Part shown: positions 1-9,555 of the stretch, one piece after another
Position numbering within the stretch: the first letter of the stretch is position 1
Layout: each line of letters begins with the position of its first letter
Assembly: GCF_041897805.1 (NCBI RefSeq)
Contig: NZ_CP154825.1
Span: 4,786,024-4,850,023, forward strand
Source: Actinokineospora auranticolor
Lineage (GTDB): Bacteria; Actinomycetota; Actinomycetes; Mycobacteriales; Pseudonocardiaceae
Length of the DNA stretch: 64,000 bases
Reading direction: 5' to 3'
Translations under genes and position numbers: made by a program
The notes under the pieces: model-generated
What the model was told of the DNA's origin: nothing
Seen by the model: only the letters and a program-made list of their open reading frames with translations
The model's database searches: none

Positions 1-316
1 CGCCCACCACCGCCAACACCCCGGCCGCCCCACCGGTCCGCTGGAGCCCGGTGATCGCGTCCACGATGATCCCGGCCGACTCGCCGGGCGCCAGCAGCCG
101 CACGTTCTCGATCACCGTGGCGGTCGCCGAAGGACCCAGCATCGCCAGCACCGAGGTGAGCACGATGATCGCCGGGAACAGCGACAGCACCGCGTAGTAG
201 GTCAGCGCGGCTGCCCAGTCCAGCAGGTTGTCCCGCTGGAACTCCTTGACCGTGCCCCGCAGCACGACCTTCCACGACCGCTTCGGCAGATCCGTCGGAC
301 CCTCTGGCACCGGCAT
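1..316 (-). CDS. YihY/BrkB-family inner-membrane protein (N-terminal part; C-terminus runs off the window start)
   Basis: Reverse translation from ATG at 316 gives MPVPEGPTDLPKRSWKVVLRGTVKEFQRDNLLDWAAALTYYAVLSLFPAIIVLTSVLAMLG..., the characteristic YihY/BrkB N-terminal signature followed by the first TM helix. Confidence 0.75.
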   Translation of the reverse strand, partial: MPVPEGPTDLPKRSWKVVLRGTVKEFQRDNLLDWAAALTYYAVLSLFPAIIVLTSVLAMLGPSATATVIENVRLLAPGESAGIIVDAITGLQRTGGAAGVLAVVG

Positions 317-381
317 CGTCGTTCCCTCCGCGCGAACTCACAGCGGTGTTCCCGCCACCGCGACAGGTGAAACGCTGCTGG

Positions 382-848
382 TCAGACCGGCGGTCCGGCA
401 GTGCTCTCGAGCGAGTCGAGCAGGTCGGCGAGGCCGCCGCGGGCGCGTCCGCGGGTCCGGGCGCTGGTGGTGACGGTGATGTGGTCGGCGTAGGCGCGGG
501 GGTGTCCGCCCTGACCGAGTCGACGCCACAGGTCGTGGTCCTCGCCGGTGGAGAGGGAGCCGAAGCCGCCGACGGCGTCGTAGGCGTCGGCGCGGATGCC
601 GAGATTGGCGCCGTAGACGTTGCCGTGGCCCTCCGGTAGCCGGGCCTTGTCGAGAACATGGGCGTAGCGCAGCAGCGCGACATGGCCCAGGGTGGTGCGG
701 TGGTCGAGGTGGGCCATCACACCGACCACGCGATGGCGGCGGGTAGGCCACGGGCGGCCGTGGCGATGGCGCGCAGGCAGGCGTGGATGTGCTCCGCTTC
801 GTCGCGGGCCGGGACGGCGATCGCGACGGCGGTGATCGGTGTGATCAC
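382..848 (-). pseudogene. Family-2 glycosyltransferase remnant (frameshifted/truncated)
   Basis: A GT2-like N-terminus (VITPITAVAIAVPARDEAEHIHACLRAIATAA) ends at an in-frame TGA near 717. A GT2-like C-terminus (GANLGIRADAYDAVGGFGSLSTGEDHDLWRRL) continues in the -1 frame (ORF 382..1002). Combined length is about 155 aa and the central DXD region is missing. The 5' end overlaps the stop of the upstream gene by 4 bp. Confidence 0.4.
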
Positions 849-2128
849 CGGCGGCGCAGCACGTGGACGGCGAACTCGTGGTCCAGGTGTTCGACGAGCG
901 GGTCGAGGTCGGGGTGGGCCAGCAGGCGGCGGTGGGCGTCCATGCCGTCCCGGGGTGCCTCGGCCGCCCATGGCAGCCAGTGCGCGGCGAGCAGGTGCCC
1001 ACCGGGGCGCAGCGCCGCGACCGCCTTGTCCACTGTGGAGTCCAGGTCGGTGTCGCCGAGGTAGTAGAGGATCTCGCTGAACACCACCAGGTCCGCGGGC
1101 TCGTCCGGCAGGTCGCGCGGTAGTGCGCCGACCTCGATCCGCACGTGGGGCAGGTGCGCGGTGCGCGTCCTGGCCCGGTCGACGGCGACGGGCACGGGGT
1201 CGAAGGCGGTCAACCGCTCGCACCTGGCGGCGAGGTCGACGGTGAGCTGACCGATCCCGCACGCGGGCTCCACGACCGTGCCGTACCGCTGTTCCGGCAG
1301 GCACGCGAGGGTGACCGCGCGTTTGCGCCGCTCGTACCAACTGTCGGTCACCGACCAGGGGTCGGTGTGCGCGGCGTAGAGGTCGGCGAACCGGTCGACG
1401 GGAGCGCTCGCACGCGGTGGCTCCCGGAACACGACCTCCACGTCCCGGTCGAAGTGGCTCAACATCGCCGTGTCCAGGATCGGAACACCCTCCGGCCCCG
1501 GCTCCACCTGCGAGACGAACCGGGCGATCCCGGCCGCCTTGCGCTCGCGCCGACCCCGGTCGAGCGCGATCGTGAACGCCCGTTCGCGCCGGACAAGGCG
1601 ATCATCGGGCTTGAGCCAGTGCCACATCCAGATCGGGTAGGACCAGCGGTGCGCGGTCACCGGCGCCACCTGGAGCGCCACCTCGCCCGCGCACTGGTGG
1701 TCGGGATGCGGGTCTCCCGGCCACGGCACCAGGCACAGGTCCGCGTCGGCCAGTTCACCGACCAAGGCCCCGGCGAGTTCGACGCGACGGCCCGTGAGCC
1801 CCGAGTCGGGCAGCCCGAGCCAGCGCACCTCCACCTCGCCGAGCCCCTGGGCGCGCAGCGACGCTGTCAGCTCCTGCCTGCGGGCGCGGCCCAGATCGGC
1901 GCGTTCGGCGGGCGACAGGGTGGGGAAGGCGGCCTCCCCGTCGGTCGCGACCACCAGGCGGACCTCGGTGCCGCGCTCGTGCAGCGCCTGGATCAGCCCG
2001 CTCGCGCCCAGCGTCTCGTCGTCCGGGTGCGCGGCGACCACGACGGCCAGGTCGTAGCGCTCGTCGGGGAACCGGCGCAGGCCGGTCAACCAAGACGCCC
2101 ACTCGTCTTCGTCGGTGGTCTGCCTCAT
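845..2128 (-). CDS. Bifunctional PIG-L (LmbE-like) deacetylase / class I SAM-dependent methyltransferase
   Basis: N-terminus has AVVVAAHPDDETLGASGLIQAL...VATDGEA (PIG-L zinc-deacetylase motif). The C-terminal half has VEPACGIGQLTVDLAARCERLTAFD (SAM-binding GxGxG) and a NodS-like fold. ATGA overlap with the upstream ACAD gene. Confidence 0.85.
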   Translation of the reverse strand: MRQTTDEDEWASWLTGLRRFPDERYDLAVVVAAHPDDETLGASGLIQALHERGTEVRLVVATDGEAAFPTLSPAERADLGRARRQELTASLRAQGLGEVEVRWLGLPDSGLTGRRVELAGALVGELADADLCLVPWPGDPHPDHQCAGEVALQVAPVTAHRWSYPIWMWHWLKPDDRLVRRERAFTIALDRGRRERKAAGIARFVSQVEPGPEGVPILDTAMLSHFDRDVEVVFREPPRASAPVDRFADLYAAHTDPWSVTDSWYERRKRAVTLACLPEQRYGTVVEPACGIGQLTVDLAARCERLTAFDPVPVAVDRARTRTAHLPHVRIEVGALPRDLPDEPADLVVFSEILYYLGDTDLDSTVDKAVAALRPGGHLLAAHWLPWAAEAPRDGMDAHRRLLAHPDLDPLVEHLDHEFAVHVLRRR

Positions 2129-3138
2129 CCCGCGCCCCGCCCGGCACGGTCCAGCACGGTTCGACCCAACGCGGCGAGATCCCGTTCAGCGTGGTGCTGG
2201 CGCACGTAGACCTGCAGATCGGCCAACCGCTGCGCGAACACCCGGTCCCGGCACAGCGGCGTCGGCCCCACAACCCGCGGCGCGCGATCAAGGACCTCCC
2301 ACGCCGCTCGCTCCACCACCGCCCGGCAGGTAGCCAGGTGATGACCGGTCGCCACACCGGCATCGACCATCCGGGCCACGTGCTCCAGGTGCGCGCCCGC
2401 CCCGGCGACAGCCGCGTGCAGGGCACCCAGGTGCGCCAGCTGGTGCTCGTCGGCCCGCCCGCCCAGCACGTCGACCACGTCGTCGAGCACGCCGACCGCA
2501 CCGCCCAGCCACACCGCCGCGACACCGCCACCACCCACCGCGAACCCCGGGCGCGCCGCGTACCAGTCCGGCGGCCCGACGACCGCGGTGGGCTCCACGT
2601 GGTCGAATCGCACGTCGGCGCTGGCGGAAGCGTCCATCCCGATCGCCTGCCAACTCGACGGGTCCACCGTGACCCCGGGGTGCGCCGGATCGATCTCGAC
2701 CAGCCGCGCCGCCCCCGCCTCGTCCACCGCGACCACGAGCACCCGGTCCAACCCGGCGCCACCGGAGCAGAACCTCGTCGTACCGCACACCCGTCCGCCG
2801 ACCAGTCGCGCACACACCCCGCCGGACCGCGACGCCCACACCCCGTACACCGCGCCCGCCACCGCGTCCCGCCCCGACTCGGCCAAGATCGCGACCGCGT
2901 CCACATGCCCCTCCGCGAGCCGCGCCACCACCAAGTCGGTTCGCCCCAACCGCGCCAGAGCAGCCCACCGAGCCACCGTGTCCTCCCCCGGCATCGGCAG
3001 CTCAAGCCCACCGTCGGCCAAGTGCGCACGCACCTCGTCGATCGCACTCGCGGCCGACCTCGACACCGCCGATCTGGGCGGCCGTCCACAATCGAGCCAC
3101 TCCAGGCCGGTGGCGGTGAGCACAGCAGCGGACACCAC
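2125..3138 (-). CDS. Acyl-CoA dehydrogenase family protein
   Basis: 337 aa. ACAD-like segments WYAARPGFAVGGGGVAAVWLGGAVG and RLADLQVYVRQHHAERD. First gene of an ACAD / PIG-L-MT / GT2 string. Confidence 0.75.
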   Translation of the reverse strand: MVSAAVLTATGLEWLDCGRPPRSAVSRSAASAIDEVRAHLADGGLELPMPGEDTVARWAALARLGRTDLVVARLAEGHVDAVAILAESGRDAVAGAVYGVWASRSGGVCARLVGGRVCGTTRFCSGGAGLDRVLVVAVDEAGAARLVEIDPAHPGVTVDPSSWQAIGMDASASADVRFDHVEPTAVVGPPDWYAARPGFAVGGGGVAAVWLGGAVGVLDDVVDVLGGRADEHQLAHLGALHAAVAGAGAHLEHVARMVDAGVATGHHLATCRAVVERAAWEVLDRAPRVVGPTPLCRDRVFAQRLADLQVYVRQHHAERDLAALGRTVLDRAGRGAG

Positions 3139-3372
3139 GCCTCCTCAACGACGTCTTCAGGCCAAGCCGGACATACCCCTCCGCCTGCCCAGCCATGCCT
3201 GCACCCGCGCCTTGGCGCAGCACCGTGCGATGCGACGTACCGCCGTGCGCGGCGTCCGGATGCCAAGAAACAGACAAATTGCCCAAACGCGAAGGGTGGC
3301 GGATTCGCCACCGCCCCGGACCGCGGGCCCAGGGCGGTTCGTCCACGATGCGTTCCGGTTCGAGCACAGTGG

Positions 3373-6300
3373 TTATGGGCCGCTGTGGATGAGGGCTGCC
3401 CAGCGGTCCGGGCGTTGGGGGTCGGAGTCTCGGAGTTCGCGGGTGACGTGGCGCAGGGTGGTTGCCGCGTCGGGGGCGGTTGGGCTGTCGGGGAGTCGGT
3501 CGTAGAAGGCGTGGGCGGCCGTGGCGCCGGTTGTGTCGTGCAAGGGCCAGAGGGTGGCGATGACGTGGCGGAAGCCCGCCAGGTGGAAAGCCGACGCGAG
3601 GTGGAGCACCTCGTCGGCGTGGCGGGTGCCGTGGTTGGCCGTCGAGCAGGCGGACAGGTAGGCGAGTTCGGCGTCCGGAAGGTGCAGTCCGCCGATCTCG
3701 GGTAGGAGCACGTCCCGGTCGTGCAGGACCAGTCCGCCCGCTGCGGGCGAGACCGGGTCGGTGATGGCGTGGCAGGCGAAATGCGCCCAAGTCGCCTTGC
3801 CCATGGCCGCCAAGACCGCGTCCCCGGTGGCGGCGGTGTCCACCAGCGTGGTCCCCCGCAGCGACTTGACTTCCTCGGCCGCGGTGGCCAGGTCTTGCGG
3901 CATGGCGACCGCGAGCACACGGCGTTCCGCGGCCGGTGGTCGGGACCGCGCGGCGCGCAGTACGCGCAGTGACGGGGTGTACGACGAGACGACCAGGTCC
4001 AATGCCCCCTGCTCCCCCGGGTGTCCCGCCGCGTGCAAGGGGAGCAGTCCCAGGACGCCAGTGGGCACCCACCAGACGCGGGTGGATGGCAGTGCGCTGA
4101 TGACCGGCCCGACCACGGCGTCCCACAGCCAGGCGAGTGTGTCGAGCAGGACAGGGCGTCGCCGCATCTGCATGGCCAACGAGTTGCCCTGGACGACGTT
4201 GAGCATCGCCGCGACACGGGCCTCCACGTCCACCAGGTCCGGCAGGTCCACCACCACCGGCTCGGCGTCGGAGCGCACCAATACGGCATGCCCACCACGG
4301 CGGTGCGCGCTGACCAGCACGGCCGTGCCCGCCTCGGGGCGCAGCGACCGCTCAGCTGGCTCGGCGAGGAAGTCGCCGAAGCCGGGCAGGTCGCGGATCT
4401 CGGCGAGCAGCTCGTCGTAGTCCCGCCACCAGCGCTTGCGCTCCGAGGTCGGGAAGTCCGGGGTGTTGAGCCGCTCGCACACCCACTCGAACCGGTCGGC
4501 CAGCTGACTCCGCGCGGACCGGAGCTGGGACAGGTCGACCCGGATGCCCGCCTCGGCCGCGAGCAGCACGCCGCGCCCGAGTTCGGCGACGGTGACCGCC
4601 CCGGCCGGGTCCGCCACCGCGCAGCGCGCCGCGACCGCGGCCTGCACCAAGCCCGACTGGGTGCCCAACCGGTCCGCCCAGTCCGCCTCGCGCGGCGGTA
4701 GCGACGGCAACAACCTGATCGCCGCGTCCAACACCGGCACGGCGAGGTCCGGTTCACCGATCGCCAACAGCAGCTCACCCACCGCGTGCTGGGCGGCGAC
4801 CTGGTCGTGCGGAGACGCCGACGGGGCGAGGAACACCTCGTCGGCGAGGGCGCGCACGGTGTCCGCCGGAACGGGAGCGTCGATGCGGGCCGCCTCGAGC
4901 AGGCAGCGGGCGAGTTCCCCCGCTCGCCGAATCCGCCGGGGGTGTTGCGGATCGGCCCGCACCAGCTCCCACGCGCGCTCGCTCGCCGACACCGCTTCGG
5001 CCAGGTGCGCGGCGTCCGGATCGGCGCGGAACCGGGCCAGGTAGGCGTCGGCGAGCACGGCGCGGCGATCCGGCAGGTCGACGTGATCGGTTCCGGTGGC
5101 GGCCACGGCGCCCTCGGCCAACGCCGTGGCCATGGCCAAGTCCCCTTCGGCATCGCGGATTCGCAGGTGGAGGGCAAGTTGCGCTTGGCGGTCGGGCAGC
5201 GACGCACGGCCCGCGCGGGTCGTGCGCACGGCTTGGTCGCCGAGTTCCACCGCCCGGTCGATCTCGGCCCGGTCCTGGGTGGCGAGGTAGCGGGCGTGGT
5301 GGATGCGGGCGGACACCGCCGCGTCCGTTGTCAGGCGGGCCGCGGCGTCCAAGTCGGCGCCTACTCCGTTGCGGGCGTAGCGGGTCAGGTGGATCTCGGC
5401 CAAGACCGCACCGGAGTCGGGGGCGGTGTTGTTCGCCGGGCGTGACCGGTGCGCCCAGGTCGCGTTCTTGACGGCCTGGTGCAGGTCCGCCTCCGCACCC
5501 CCGCCCAGGTAGCGCTGGTGCAGCGCGGCGGCCAGCGCCAGGTGGAGGCCGTGCAGGCGGGGGTGGTGGTCGGGTAGTTCGGCCAGGGTGTCCTTGGCCA
5601 GGGTGACGGCGCGGTCGAGGCTCGAGCGGTCGCCGCGGTGTCGGTACCGCAGCAACAACAGGGCGACGATGTCGGCTGCGGACTCGACGTCCACGGGTGG
5701 GACGACCAGTGTCCACGCGCGGTCGAGGTCGGGCAGGGTGGCGTCGCGTTCGAACCGGCGGGCCAGGGCGATCGCGAGGTGGGTGGACTCGCAGAAGTCG
5801 ATGGCGCGGTCGAGGTGGTTGTCGATACCGGTGTGGTCGTAGAGCAGTCGGTAGGCGACGCCCAGTGCGCCGCGGGCGGAGGGGACGTCGTGCAGGAGCT
5901 CACGTGCGCGCTCCAGGTCGTCCAGGTGGGTGTGGAGTGCGTACCTGTCCAGGTAGGCGCGGGCGAGGGCTTCGATGATCTCCGCGTCGTCTGTCGTGGC
6001 GATCACCCTGTCGCCCAGTTCGATGCCGTGCTCGAGATCAGCCGGGGCGCGTGAGTCCTGGTAGCGGCGCAGGTAGGCGAGGAACAGCACGCGCCTCAAT
6101 TCCGGGGAGCCTGCCGCGTGCGCAGCGACGAGCAGGATGCCTGCCTCCACCAGTTCCGGCTCGAAGCCGTCGAGCAGGCTCGTGCCGACCTCGACCTGGG
6201 TCCGCCGGTCGGCGAAGCGGCCGACGACCGGGGTCAGGTCCGGGGGGATCCGCTGGTGGTCGTCGGCGACCTGGGACAGGCAGATGATCGCCTTGGCGAG

Positions 6301-6534
6301 GTCGATCGGGCGCCGTCGGAACCGGTAGCGGCGGTGGTGGAACTGGCCGAGGACGGTCTTGGCCGCGGTCAGCTGTGCCGCGAGCACCCGTGACCCGCTG
6401 GCGTCGGTCGCCGCGCGCACGGTTCGCCACAGCTTGGTGGACTCCTCCTCGGCGTCGCGGGAGAACGCGGCCGGAAGCGGGTAGCGGACCCAGTCCGCCA
6501 CCCGGTTGATCTGCTCGTCGATCTGCACTCTCAC
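3373..6534 (-). CDS. TPR-repeat protein with C-terminal CHAT (caspase-like) protease domain
   Basis: About 880 aa of degenerate TPR-like repeats (…LDRAVTLAKDTLAELPDHHPRLHGLHLALAAALHQRY…). The C-terminal CHAT domain carries a His (WAHFACHA) and a Cys (LAYLSACSTANHG) dyad. GTG start at 6534 after a GGCGGAG RBS, overlapping the TGA of the upstream WD40 gene (GTGA). The ORF-track N-terminal extension to 6687 is rejected. Confidence 0.85.
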   Translation of the reverse strand: MRVQIDEQINRVADWVRYPLPAAFSRDAEEESTKLWRTVRAATDASGSRVLAAQLTAAKTVLGQFHHRRYRFRRRPIDLAKAIICLSQVADDHQRIPPDLTPVVGRFADRRTQVEVGTSLLDGFEPELVEAGILLVAAHAAGSPELRRVLFLAYLRRYQDSRAPADLEHGIELGDRVIATTDDAEIIEALARAYLDRYALHTHLDDLERARELLHDVPSARGALGVAYRLLYDHTGIDNHLDRAIDFCESTHLAIALARRFERDATLPDLDRAWTLVVPPVDVESAADIVALLLLRYRHRGDRSSLDRAVTLAKDTLAELPDHHPRLHGLHLALAAALHQRYLGGGAEADLHQAVKNATWAHRSRPANNTAPDSGAVLAEIHLTRYARNGVGADLDAAARLTTDAAVSARIHHARYLATQDRAEIDRAVELGDQAVRTTRAGRASLPDRQAQLALHLRIRDAEGDLAMATALAEGAVAATGTDHVDLPDRRAVLADAYLARFRADPDAAHLAEAVSASERAWELVRADPQHPRRIRRAGELARCLLEAARIDAPVPADTVRALADEVFLAPSASPHDQVAAQHAVGELLLAIGEPDLAVPVLDAAIRLLPSLPPREADWADRLGTQSGLVQAAVAARCAVADPAGAVTVAELGRGVLLAAEAGIRVDLSQLRSARSQLADRFEWVCERLNTPDFPTSERKRWWRDYDELLAEIRDLPGFGDFLAEPAERSLRPEAGTAVLVSAHRRGGHAVLVRSDAEPVVVDLPDLVDVEARVAAMLNVVQGNSLAMQMRRRPVLLDTLAWLWDAVVGPVISALPSTRVWWVPTGVLGLLPLHAAGHPGEQGALDLVVSSYTPSLRVLRAARSRPPAAERRVLAVAMPQDLATAAEEVKSLRGTTLVDTAATGDAVLAAMGKATWAHFACHAITDPVSPAAGGLVLHDRDVLLPEIGGLHLPDAELAYLSACSTANHGTRHADEVLHLASAFHLAGFRHVIATLWPLHDTTGATAAHAFYDRLPDSPTAPDAATTLRHVTRELRDSDPQRPDRWAALIHSGP

Positions 6535-8273
6535 TCCGCCAAACGGAGCAGACGAGCCGGGACGTGGTCCACATCGGTCACGGCGAGCACGACACCACCG
6601 TCCATTGTGGTCGTCATGGCCAGTGCGGTCGGGTACGTCTCGCGGCCCGTCACCGAGGCCAGTTCCTCCCCGGACTCGCTGTCCCACACCGCGGTGCGCT
6701 CGCCGTCGGTCACCGCGACCGCGACCCGCAGATCCTCCAGGACCGCCATGGCGAGTTGGCCGTACCTGCCGGGGACGGAGAACGCGCGGATCTCCTCACC
6801 GGTGGACCCATCCCAGACCCGCACCTCCGAGCCGCCGGCGACCCCCACCCGGAACGACCCGTCCGCCAACCCCACAACCGCCACACTCGGCGACTCGATC
6901 CCGAACCCGCCGCGCTCCAGGGTGAACGTGTGCAGGGTCGTCCGCGTGGTCGCGTCCCACACGTGGACGACCGAGCTGGCACCATCATCCGATCCAGCCA
7001 CCACGCAGACGTGCCCGTTCGCGAGCACGAGAGCGTCGAGCGACCACACGATGTGCACGCTCGGCGTGCCAACCTCCCAGTCCACGATCTTGCTTGCTGT
7101 CTCCGGGTCCCACACCACGACGGTCGCGTCGTCCCCACCGGTGATCAACCACGGCACTTCGCCCGGTGGGCAGGCCCAGGTGACGGCGTTGACCGGGCGG
7201 CGGTGCGCCTCGAAGCTCAACAGCGGTCGGCCGTCGCGCACCGCCCACAGCTTGACGAGCCCGTCCTGCCCGCCGGTCGCCAGCACCGCCTCCTCCTCGG
7301 GCAACGGCAACAACGCGGTGGCGAGCACCCGATCACCGTGACCGACGAACTCCTGGCGGGGCATACCGTCGCGGGGACTCCACACGGTCGCGCCGCCGTC
7401 GTCGCCGGAGGCCATCAGCAGGCTGCCGTCGGGGAGGTCGAGGAGCGTCAGCGCGTGCGGCGCGCTGCCGGACGACCAAGACTCGGGCGTCGCGTCGACG
7501 ACCTCCATCGGACCCGGCCCCCAACTCCGCGGGCGGCTGGTCATGCCTCGCACCCGACCGGGTTTCGCCGAGCGGGGGGTCGTGGGAAAGTCGATCGTCG
7601 CGCGGTAGCCGTACATCTCCAGGTGGTCGACGCGGTCCATGACGGCGCCATTCGGGAGTCGGACGAGGTTGTCCGGCATGTCCGAGGCGGAGTCGATGAC
7701 AATCGCGGGGATGTCGCAGGACCGGTACGGGAACTCCTCGCTGCGGTTGGCGTGGACGGTCTCCTCGTACTGGGTCTCCGCCGTGGACCTGTCCGGGTAG
7801 TCGACCACGTAGTAGTCGGAGCCTTCGTCGACTGCGGTCGCCACGGCGTACCGGTCGTCCCCGGTGAGGGGGTCGCGGTAGGCGACCGCGTCGATGAAGC
7901 CACCGAACAGCTCGTGCGCCAGGGTCTGCCGGAAGGTCTCGCCCGCGGCCATGGCCTGCTCGTAGCGTTTCCACCAACTGTCCGCGTGCGTGCCCCAGTG
8001 CCCGTACAGGCACTCGCCCGCGGTGTCGTAGAGCACCCGCGAACCATCCGCGGGGCGCATCGCGGCGAACGGGGCGTCGTCGCACTCCACCTGGACCCAC
8101 ACGCCGTCATGTCCCGCGCGGAGCGCTTGCACGGCGTCCCACGCACTTTGCTTGTCCGGGTAGCGGCGGTGACCGAAACCCGTGTGGTCGACCCGGTACT
8201 CCCCGGCGCGGACGCTGACCCGGATGTGCGCCTCCTCGTCCAGTGGTTTTCGCTTCCGCAGCACCCACTGCAT
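6531..8273 (-). CDS. WD40 β-propeller protein with ~270-aa uncharacterised N-terminal domain
   Basis: C-terminal repeats (ASGDDGGATVWSPRDG, ATGGQDGLVKLWAVRDG, TGGDDATVVVWDPETAS, AGSDDGASSVVHVWDATT…) are WD40 blades. ATG at 8273 (MQWVLRKRKPL…) avoids a 92-nt overlap with the upstream membrane-protein gene. Confidence 0.8.
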   Translation of the reverse strand: MQWVLRKRKPLDEEAHIRVSVRAGEYRVDHTGFGHRRYPDKQSAWDAVQALRAGHDGVWVQVECDDAPFAAMRPADGSRVLYDTAGECLYGHWGTHADSWWKRYEQAMAAGETFRQTLAHELFGGFIDAVAYRDPLTGDDRYAVATAVDEGSDYYVVDYPDRSTAETQYEETVHANRSEEFPYRSCDIPAIVIDSASDMPDNLVRLPNGAVMDRVDHLEMYGYRATIDFPTTPRSAKPGRVRGMTSRPRSWGPGPMEVVDATPESWSSGSAPHALTLLDLPDGSLLMASGDDGGATVWSPRDGMPRQEFVGHGDRVLATALLPLPEEEAVLATGGQDGLVKLWAVRDGRPLLSFEAHRRPVNAVTWACPPGEVPWLITGGDDATVVVWDPETASKIVDWEVGTPSVHIVWSLDALVLANGHVCVVAGSDDGASSVVHVWDATTRTTLHTFTLERGGFGIESPSVAVVGLADGSFRVGVAGGSEVRVWDGSTGEEIRAFSVPGRYGQLAMAVLEDLRVAVAVTDGERTAVWDSESGEELASVTGRETYPTALAMTTTMDGGVVLAVTDVDHVPARLLRLAE

Positions 8274-8295
8274 GACCGGCTCGTGCTCCACGCGC

Positions 8296-9174
8296 TCACC
8301 GTCCCTTTCGGACCAAAGCGGTGATCTCCCGCCCTTGATCGATGGTGAGGACCCCCGTCTCCTCCTGGTCGCCGACACCGAGGGCACGGGCCAGGGTGCG
8401 CCCGTGCAGATCGACGGCGGCCTCCGACAACACCGTCAGCTCGGCGATGGCGTGGCGCCCCTTGGCCCACCCGGTGGCACCGAACACCAGACCGATCACG
8501 GCGGCGGGCCACCACCACGCGGCGAGCACGAGGTAGGGCAGGCTCCACGTGCCGGTCGCCACCGCCGCGGCGAACGTCGACTCCGCCGCGGTGATCTCCG
8601 CGCGGACCGTGTCGGGTAGCACCAACCACAACCGCGACCAACCGAACGCCAAGTCGACGCCGAACCGGTTCAGCGCCACCTGTTCCACCGCGTGCACCCG
8701 GTCGCCCATCCAGGTCGGACGACCCGGCTCGGCCATCGCGATCCGGTTGGCCCGCTCGGCGAACCGGTCGACCTTCGCCTGCCGGTCGGGGTCGTCCCGG
8801 TCGACCGCCGCCCGTTTCTCGACCAGGGACAGCCACCGCCGCCTGCGCGCCGCCGCACGTAGACGCCGCACGGGACCCGGCCAGCGGCCGAGCCAGACCG
8901 CCCTGGTCAGCCCGGCGAGACCTTGTACAGCGAAGCCGATCCCGGCCGAGGCGAGGAGCAACGCCAGCACGGCGGTAACCTGGCCGCCGACCTGGAGGCG
9001 CAGCGCCGTCACGGCGTCCAGCCCCTGTCGCGCCCTGGTCCAGTCGAGCGCGAGCCGCTGGCCCTGCCACAGCGCGAGCGCGGCGAGCAAGATGAACAGC
9101 GCGCCGGGCAGGACCAGCAACGCCATCCAGCGCTCGGCCAGCTTCTTGGCCAGCTCCTCGAAGAACTTGCCCAC
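8296..9174 (-). CDS. Polytopic membrane protein, unknown function
   Basis: Several hydrophobic helices (ALLVLPGALFILLAALALW, VTAVLALLLASAGIGFAV, WSLPYLVLAAWWWPAAVIGLVFGATGW). Inside the 9174–9210 overlap, GC3 strongly favours the upstream small-ORF frame. A GTG start at 9174 (VGKFFEELAKK…) sharing one base with the upstream TAG is therefore preferred over ATG 9210. Confidence 0.6.
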   Translation of the reverse strand: MGKFFEELAKKLAERWMALLVLPGALFILLAALALWQGQRLALDWTRARQGLDAVTALRLQVGGQVTAVLALLLASAGIGFAVQGLAGLTRAVWLGRWPGPVRRLRAAARRRRWLSLVEKRAAVDRDDPDRQAKVDRFAERANRIAMAEPGRPTWMGDRVHAVEQVALNRFGVDLAFGWSRLWLVLPDTVRAEITAAESTFAAAVATGTWSLPYLVLAAWWWPAAVIGLVFGATGWAKGRHAIAELTVLSEAAVDLHGRTLARALGVGDQEETGVLTIDQGREITALVRKGR

Positions 9175-9530
9175 TACAGGCGCCTCATGCGCAGGCCGAG
9201 CAACGCGCACCGGGGCGGTTCACCCGCCGGAACCGTTCGCGCACGGTGGTTGCAACTGTCGTCGGGACAGCCGAAGACCTCGTCGTCGGCTCGACCCCCG
9301 CCCGCGCCGGGCAGGCCGGTGGCGGGGCCTCGGCGCGCTTCCACAATGTCCTCGGGGTCGCACTCGAGCAGTTGCGAGACGAGCCTGGCCACCGGGCGGC
9401 GGGAGGCGGCCTCGACCTCTATGCGGTCCAGCAGCGCCTTGCGGTCCGCCGACAGGTTCGCGCATTCCTGGCGCAGCTCGGGCAACCCCGCGCAGAGCAT
9501 GGTCAGCACATCCCGCTCGAACCTGTCCAC
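9174..9530 (-). CDS. Small Cys-rich hypothetical protein (~118 aa)
   Basis: GTG at 9530 preceded by GGGAGGA with a 4-nt spacer. GC3 is near 100% through the region that overlaps ORF 8296..9210. Six Cys, including the C-P-D-D-S-C-N-H cluster. No recognisable family. Confidence 0.45.
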   Translation of the reverse strand: MDRFERDVLTMLCAGLPELRQECANLSADRKALLDRIEVEAASRRPVARLVSQLLECDPEDIVEARRGPATGLPGAGGGRADDEVFGCPDDSCNHRARTVPAGEPPRCALLGLRMRRL

Positions 9531-9555
9531 CGCGTCCTCCCGTCTTCGTGGCGCA

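Noticed and set aside
1755-5207. 1150-aa ORF on the minus strand (Pro/Arg/Ser-rich) spanning several genes
   Set aside because: Low-complexity, GC-driven antisense or off-frame ORF. It overlaps well-supported ACAD, PIG-L/MT and CHAT genes that lie in other frames of the same strand.
6564-8324. 586-aa plus-strand ORF opposite the WD40 gene
   Set aside because: Antisense, with no recognisable domains. WD40 repeats are clear on the minus strand.
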